From a virus (Duplodnaviria > Caudoviricetes), in IMG/VR virus record IMGVR_UViG_3300022752_000071, positions 1 to 61,365 of that record: a DNA stretch of 61,365 nucleotides, one strand, 5' to 3'. The notes beneath the pieces are model-generated. The model searched no databases, was not told where the DNA came from, and saw only the letters and a list, made by a program, of their open reading frames with translations. Positions 56,466 through 61,365 of this stretch are shown here, piece after piece. Position 1 is the first letter of the stretch; every line of letters starts with the position of its first letter. Made by a program: the position numbers and the translations under genes.

Positions 56466-58163
56466 TTACTTTCGCCAGCGTCCGCCGCCGCGTAGCGCGA
56501 CGTCATCGACGCTGGGGAAATCATGGTCGGCTACCAGAAGTTTCTGGGGAGAGCCGAGAGACGCCGCAACGTATTCAGCGTCGCGACGAGCTTGCCAAAA
56601 TGCTTCGACGTGTTCGGCAGAAAAACCGGCGACGTCGAAGTTGACTTCATCTGCTTGCTGTCCGTCGCGGTGCGTGCGTCCGAGTAGCTGCTCCCACTGC
56701 TCGCCGTTCGGCGGCGGGGAGACGACGAAGTTAGTGTTCCACGTTTGCAAGTTCAAGCCTTCTTTGCCGGCATGCACGGAAACAATCATCGGCTTGTCGG
56801 CGGGATGCTTCTCGGCGTCGCTCACGTTGCCCGCGCCGTAGTACCGCACGCCGCTCATTTGGGCCAAGCGTTCGGCGAAGTAGGTGTGCTCCGTCCAAAG
56901 GATGCCGGTCTCCTGCTTCAACCACTGCCAACAGAGTTCGAGCACACTCGGGCAGAGCCACACGGGTTTTGTGTTCGGTGTGAAAGAATCCTTCACCGCA
57001 TTCCACGCTAGGAGTTCCGGCGCGTTCGGGTGTTGCTGCTTGACTTGCAGTTCGCTGTCGAGCGAACGGGAGTGCGAAAGCGTCTCGCGAACGAACGAGC
57101 ACCACGCCTTGCGTGCGTCGAGCCACGCGCGCGGTGGGCGCGGATCCCAAACGTAGTAGAAGCCGAGCGCGATTTCGCGGGCGTGGCGGTAGACCTGCAT
57201 CGCATCGGCGAGGGGCCAGCCGTCTGGCGTCTCCCAGTTGTGCCGTAGGTGCTCGAACGCGGCGTCGATAGCAGGACTCGACGGAGGCTCAACGCACGTC
57301 ATGACAAGCGAAGCGTCGACGCTTGTCTCTTTCGTCGAGACGACACCCGACGTGTCGGTCAAGCGGCGGCGGTAGGCACGTCGCGCCCACTCTCGCGGAT
57401 TGGTAGGCCACATGCGGTCTTCTTCTGCGTCGCACAGCACGCGAAGAGCACCGGGGTCGGCGCGGCGCAGCATGCCTTTGCGTTCGTCGAGCGCGTCCGC
57501 CCAGAGTTCGAGGTCGTTGTACCCTTCCGGCAGCGGTACGTCCGTCTTCAGCGCCCAGCGAAGCAGGTGGACGTAGTCGTGCAGGCTTCGCTTGGTGATG
57601 GTGCCCGACATGACGACGATCTTCGTCTCGGGATTGACCTTCATGTACCGCGCGACGCGGCGCGTCACCGCCGCCGACTTGTTCTTCAGCTTGTGTGCTT
57701 CGTCGGCAACGATGAGGTCGGGAGCGTAGTCGTCGAGCGCGTCGGCAGCTTGCGCGCGGCCAAGCCACTCGTAGGTGATGATGCGCGGTTCGGGAATGTC
57801 CCAATGCACCGAGAGCGCCAGAAGATCGCGGCGCGTTTTACCAACGAGCTTCGCCGGAATGAGCAGCGCCGGTCGCTCCGCTTCGGCGACTACCGGAGCG
57901 AGCAGCGAGATCAACGTCTTGCCGGCACCGACGCGGATGATCCCGAAGAGTCCGCCGCGCATGCCGATTTCGGCAAGTGCCGTCGCTTGCACCGGACGGA
58001 GCGCCATCTTTCCGTTCGGTGTCTTAAGGGCGTCGGTCAGTTCTGCCGCCAGTCTCTCCGCGTCCTCCACCGACCACGAGCGGCGAGGCAACCGCTCGAT
58101 GCGGCGCATCTCGTCGTTCAGGCGAACGGCGTGGGCCGGGGAGGACGCGAAGAGACTAGGCAT
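56466..58163 (-). CDS. SF2 (SNF2-like) helicase
   Basis: LRP.Q, GAGKT, DEAH, SGT, GLNLQ, EQ..GR.HR.GQ. Confidence 0.88.
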   Translation of the reverse strand: MPSLFASSPAHAVRLNDEMRRIERLPRRSWSVEDAERLAAELTDALKTPNGKMALRPVQATALAEIGMRGGLFGIIRVGAGKTLISLLAPVVAEAERPALLIPAKLVGKTRRDLLALSVHWDIPEPRIITYEWLGRAQAADALDDYAPDLIVADEAHKLKNKSAAVTRRVARYMKVNPETKIVVMSGTITKRSLHDYVHLLRWALKTDVPLPEGYNDLELWADALDERKGMLRRADPGALRVLCDAEEDRMWPTNPREWARRAYRRRLTDTSGVVSTKETSVDASLVMTCVEPPSSPAIDAAFEHLRHNWETPDGWPLADAMQVYRHAREIALGFYYVWDPRPPRAWLDARKAWCSFVRETLSHSRSLDSELQVKQQHPNAPELLAWNAVKDSFTPNTKPVWLCPSVLELCWQWLKQETGILWTEHTYFAERLAQMSGVRYYGAGNVSDAEKHPADKPMIVSVHAGKEGLNLQTWNTNFVVSPPPNGEQWEQLLGRTHRDGQQADEVNFDVAGFSAEHVEAFWQARRDAEYVAASLGSPQKLLVADHDFPSVDDVALRGGGRWRK

Positions 58164-58183
58164 GGCGTGTGGGTGAGGAGAGG

Positions 58184-59560
58184 TCAGCCCTGAACGACGA
58201 TTGCCGCGCTCGCCTGGAGCACCTGCAACACGTCGCGAACTTCTTGGCTCGCCGTCGAGGCGACGATGCCGGCGCGTGGCGGGTTCTCTTGTAGATCGCG
58301 CGCGAACCCTTCGGCGAAGAGCGCCGGTCCCTTGCCGTACTCGTAGAGCTTGTAGTGGGTCAGGCCGGTCTCCGCAGTGAAAGCCAGCATGACGCGCGCA
58401 AGGCGATCGGCCACATACTCGGCGTTGCCGCCCTTCACCGGCTGGCAGTCCAAGTACAGCGTCCAGCCGCCCACGGGCACGGCGACGGGCGCGACCGCTG
58501 CGACACGCGGCGTCGGCGGCGCAGGCGTCGCAGCCACAACAGCAATCGACGCAGTAACCGGCGTCGCCTCTTCGACGGCGGGCGCAGGGGCCGGGGTCTC
58601 CGACTTGCGAGGACGACCGGGACCGCGCTTCACCGGGGCCTCGGCGACCGGCGCGGCGACCGGCGCGGCGACCGGCGCGGCGACCGGCGCGGCGACCGGC
58701 GCAGGCGCGGCCTCTTCGGCCTCGGGCGGGTTGACCGCAAAAGACGGAGCAGCCGCCGGAGCAGCCGCCGGAGCAGCCGCCGGAGCAGCCGCCTTGCGGG
58801 CCTGAAGACGCTGAAGAAAAGACGACTTGGAAAGCTCTTGAGCCATGATGGTTTGGTTCCTTTGATTGGGGTTCAGGTTGCAGTTTTGCTGAAACGGGCA
58901 GCCGCCGAACGCGCTGCATGCGCTCGCGTCGAACGGCAAATCTTTGGCACGGTAGCCGGCTTGGTGAATTTTGAGCATCTCGTTCGCGGAACGAACGGTT
59001 TGCTGTACTCGCAAGTCGATGTCGTCGCGCGTCACGCGCGCTCGCACGGGTGACACCGTAGGGGGGTTCTTTCTGGTGGCGTAGGTCCACTGCAAGTCGC
59101 AGCGGTCGAGACCGAACTCGTCCATCGCCACGCGCGCATAGAGACTAGCCTGCACGTCTTCAGCGAGATCGTCGCTGGTCTTCGCCCAGGTCAAACTGCC
59201 CGTCGTCTTGTGGTCGTAGATGGTGCAGTTCTCTACCGACGGCATGACGAGGTCCATGAAGCCCGTGAACGTCACGTCGCCTTCGGACCAGTGAAATTGC
59301 CGTTCGATGTTCTCCTTCGCCACCGCTTGCGGTGGAGGCAGAAGGGGGATGAGCGCACGCGCCATGACGTCGTGCAGTTTCTCGTTGCCGGGAAGCTCCG
59401 CTTCGCCGAGCCACTTCTCCAGCGCCTCGTGAACTTTGATGCCCACTTCCGCCTGCTTGTTGGGCGGCGAGGGCAGACCGTCGAGCTTTTGCCAGCCCCA
59501 CTTTCGCGGGCACAGTTCGTAGGTCGAGACTTGCGAGGCGCTGAAGACAGGCTTCTTCAT
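58184..59560 (-). CDS. PD-(D/E)XK (RecB/Cas4-like) nuclease with Pro/Ala linker and AT-hook
   Basis: SAS.....CPRKW, G..VH, G.MD, DHKT, Q..LY, C....GCPF..C; KRGPGRPRK. Confidence 0.82.
   Translation of the reverse strand: MKKPVFSASQVSTYELCPRKWGWQKLDGLPSPPNKQAEVGIKVHEALEKWLGEAELPGNEKLHDVMARALIPLLPPPQAVAKENIERQFHWSEGDVTFTGFMDLVMPSVENCTIYDHKTTGSLTWAKTSDDLAEDVQASLYARVAMDEFGLDRCDLQWTYATRKNPPTVSPVRARVTRDDIDLRVQQTVRSANEMLKIHQAGYRAKDLPFDASACSAFGGCPFQQNCNLNPNQRNQTIMAQELSKSSFLQRLQARKAAAPAAAPAAAPAAAPSFAVNPPEAEEAAPAPVAAPVAAPVAAPVAAPVAEAPVKRGPGRPRKSETPAPAPAVEEATPVTASIAVVAATPAPPTPRVAAVAPVAVPVGGWTLYLDCQPVKGGNAEYVADRLARVMLAFTAETGLTHYKLYEYGKGPALFAEGFARDLQENPPRAGIVASTASQEVRDVLQVLQASAAIVVQG
58640..58792. repeat. 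Two 12-bp tandem repeats (PVAA and AAAP coding)
   Basis: (gaccggcgcggc)n and (ggagcagccgcc)n. Confidence 0.85.
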
Positions 59561-59682
59561 TTGCTCTTCTGATTCGGGATGATTCGCATCCGCCATTGTC
59601 CGTCTTCGAAGTACACGAAGACCGCTTTGGTCGGGCCAATGCGAGCGGCGAGCTTGTCTGCTGGATGAATGCGCGGCTTCAT
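59557..59682 (-). CDS. 41-aa hypothetical protein (not in ORF track)
   Basis: ATGA overlaps at both ends. Confidence 0.55.
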   Translation of the reverse strand: MKPRIHPADKLAARIGPTKAVFVYFEDGQWRMRIIPNQKSK

Positions 59683-59921
59683 GCGTCGCCTCGTTCGTCG
59701 GGGTTGCGGAGCTTCCATCCAAGACGGACCTTGGAAAACTCCTTCAAGGTGCGAGTCAATGCGTCCTCGAAGTCGTTGTCGTCATGCCAGGAATGGCTCA
59801 CTTCGATTCCGCTGCCGCGCAGCGTGATGACTTGCTGCGGGCTCGCGGTGCAGCAGATGCTCTCCACGCCGGCCATTGCCGCGAGAGAGCGGAATTGCAT
59901 AAAGGTCAGGGGTGCGTTCAT
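59679..59921 (-). CDS. Hypothetical protein
   Basis: Coupled ORF. Confidence 0.6.
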   Translation of the reverse strand: MNAPLTFMQFRSLAAMAGVESICCTASPQQVITLRGSGIEVSHSWHDDNDFEDALTRTLKEFSKVRLGWKLRNPDERGDA

Positions 59922-60118
59922 GGGGTCTTTCGGTGTTTGTCGAGCAGGTTACGTAGCCCGTGGCGCTCCACCCACCGAAGCAGCGTGCGTCTGTTGACAC
60001 CCAACTTCTCGGCGGCGTGCGTCGTATTCCAATCCGCCGCGACGTAAGCGGCGAGGATCTGTTCACGAACTGCCGCGCCTAGTACGGTCGCCACCGTCGC
60101 GCGTTTTGGGTGCGTCAT
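59918..60118 (-). CDS. Stand-alone Fis-type HTH protein
   Basis: REQI.AA....WN.T.AA..LGV.R.TL.R...RHGL. Confidence 0.75.
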   Translation of the reverse strand: MTHPKRATVATVLGAAVREQILAAYVAADWNTTHAAEKLGVNRRTLLRWVERHGLRNLLDKHRKTP

Positions 60119-60122
60119 AGAA

Positions 60123-60157
60123 GTCGCACCATAACGCGCGTTCGGCGGGGTCGTCAA
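60123..60157 (-). promoter_or_regulatory. Sigma70 promoter, near-leaderless
   Basis: TTGACG-N18-TATGGTgcgac. Confidence 0.65.
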
Positions 60158-60169
60158 GGCGCGGGTGTG

Positions 60170-60484
60170 TCAGTTCACATCTCGCAAGTCGGCGGGAAGA
60201 GCCGGCAAGCGATCGAGACGGTCGAGACGCGCTTTGATTTCTGCGCGATGGTAGTAGCCCTCGAAGTTCGGCACGTCGCCGGTCTCGGCGAGCGTAGGGA
60301 AGTCCTCGTCGGTGATGAGGCCGACGATGTTCGCTTCGCCGTCGCTGTCTTCGTATGCCGCCCAGACGACGACCGGGACGAAACGCGCGTCTTCTCCGTC
60401 GTCAAAGAACGCGAACCAGTCTTCGGCGCTGACGAGCGAGGTGTACTTGCGCTGCACGTTGAAGCGTTTGGCGGTGATGCTCAT
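60170..60484 (-). CDS. Hypothetical protein
   Basis: GAGGT RBS; coupled. Confidence 0.65.
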   Translation of the reverse strand: MSITAKRFNVQRKYTSLVSAEDWFAFFDDGEDARFVPVVVWAAYEDSDGEANIVGLITDEDFPTLAETGDVPNFEGYYHRAEIKARLDRLDRLPALPADLRDVN

Positions 60485-60756
60485 GCCGGCACCTCAATGG
60501 ACATGCGGTTGTTCTCTTTCTTCTGCGGACGCAGTTCCGTCGGCGGCGATGGGCGCTCGACTTCTTGAATGGAGATCGTCATGCCGAGCACGTACAGGCA
60601 TTTGCGGAACACGTTCTCGGTGATCGACGGTTGGCGCAGCAAGTTGTTGATGCGCGACGGAGAGACGTTCAGCCGACGGGCGAGGTCGGTCTTCGTCCAT
60701 CCGAGATCCACGAGACGCTGTTCAATGATTTGGCCAAACGTAAAAGGGGTTTTCAT
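60481..60756 (-). CDS. XRE/Cro-like HTH regulator
   Basis: GWTKTDLARRLNVSPSRINNL. Confidence 0.8.
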   Translation of the reverse strand: MKTPFTFGQIIEQRLVDLGWTKTDLARRLNVSPSRINNLLRQPSITENVFRKCLYVLGMTISIQEVERPSPPTELRPQKKENNRMSIEVPA

Positions 60757-61181
60757 TTCGAACCTTTCTGAAACGGAGCAACAACGGCTTTGGTGAACGC
60801 CACGAAGGCGTCTTGCACTTCAAACGGCAAGTGCGCCCAGATGGGCATGGGCTCGCCGTCGGGATACTTCCAGTCACAAGCTGTCGCGAAGGCGTGGTAG
60901 CCCTCGGCAGCGGCGTGCCCGTCGGCGCAGGCATCGCCCCAATCCAAGAGGTCGTCGCGCTCGCGTTCCATCTCCGAATACAGCGCGGCTACCGAGTCGG
61001 CCAAGTCGATGAGCGTCATGTCATCGGTGCTGTTGACGTGCAGTCCGTCGAGAATGGCGCGGGTTTTTTCGCGTTCGACTTGCAGTTGCACAAGCATCGC
61101 GTCGAGTTCGTTTCCTTCGGGGAGCTTCTGAACGCGAGCGCGCAGTTGCCACATAGGGTCGTTGGGGTTCGTTGTCGGCAT
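60753..61181 (-). CDS. Hypothetical protein
   Basis: ATG at 61181; three repeat variants are synonymous in this frame. Confidence 0.7.
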   Translation of the reverse strand: MPTTNPNDPMWQLRARVQKLPEGNELDAMLVQLQVEREKTRAILDGLHVNSTDDMTLIDLADSVAALYSEMERERDDLLDWGDACADGHAAAEGYHAFATACDWKYPDGEPMPIWAHLPFEVQDAFVAFTKAVVAPFQKGSK

Positions 61182-61365
61182 TGGTGTCTTTCGTTGGGGT
61201 GTCAATCCAGCCAGTCGCACAAGTCGAGCGACGGGCAGGGGTCTCCGGTTCGTAGCGCCACCGCTAGATCGGAAGCGGCGAGCACTTGATCTTGATGGAC
61301 GTGGTAGGTGTCCACACCGAGCAACAGCAGGGGTTCAGCGAGTTCGTGGTGCCGGTGGCAGGACC
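60917..61365. repeat. Terminal direct repeat / circular overlap, copy 2
   Basis: Matches 1-449. Confidence 0.95.

Noticed and set aside
58164-59090. N-terminal extension of the helicase (874 aa)
   Set aside because: Arg-rich shadow of the nuclease gene; helicase motifs begin after ATG 58163.
1-61365. Integrase/att site or Mu-type transposition
   Set aside because: Virion genes are Mu-like, but no transposase, integrase or host flanking DNA was recognised.

Overview
The window looks like one complete ~60.9 kb GC-rich tailed phage genome. It has a contractile tail with a Mu-like terminase, sheath and baseplate, and its ends overlap by 449 bp (1-449 = 60917-61365, 5 mismatches, all synonymous). 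Layout: primase-helicase (1.3-3.7 kb, +); a repeat-flanked leftward island with a beta-clamp-like gene and a DUF932-like gene (4-7.5 kb); an AT-rich divergent control region with a 131-bp dyad (7.6-9.2 kb); a rightward operon of PAPS-reductase/ParB, terminase, head, tail, fibre and lysis genes (9.2-46.5 kb); and a leftward replication and DNA-modification arm (46.5-61.4 kb: Nmad-like protein, MTase, Mom-like, RuvC-like, PolA, helicase, PD-(D/E)XK nuclease, HTH regulators). I saw no integrase, tRNA, CRISPR array or reverse transcriptase. Most striking observations: (1) an HNH endonuclease gene nested out of frame inside a DNA methyltransferase ORF that stays open, bracketed exactly by an inverted repeat and a duplicated host motif; (2) a split portal with a CCC-UAG +1 shift candidate; (3) a hidden -1 frameshift in the tail chaperone; (4) a four-way-junction RNA before polA; (5) related CAACC-N3-CCGG repeat arrays on both sides of the leftward island. 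All product calls come from recognising motifs by eye; no database search was run. A myxobacterial host is inference only.
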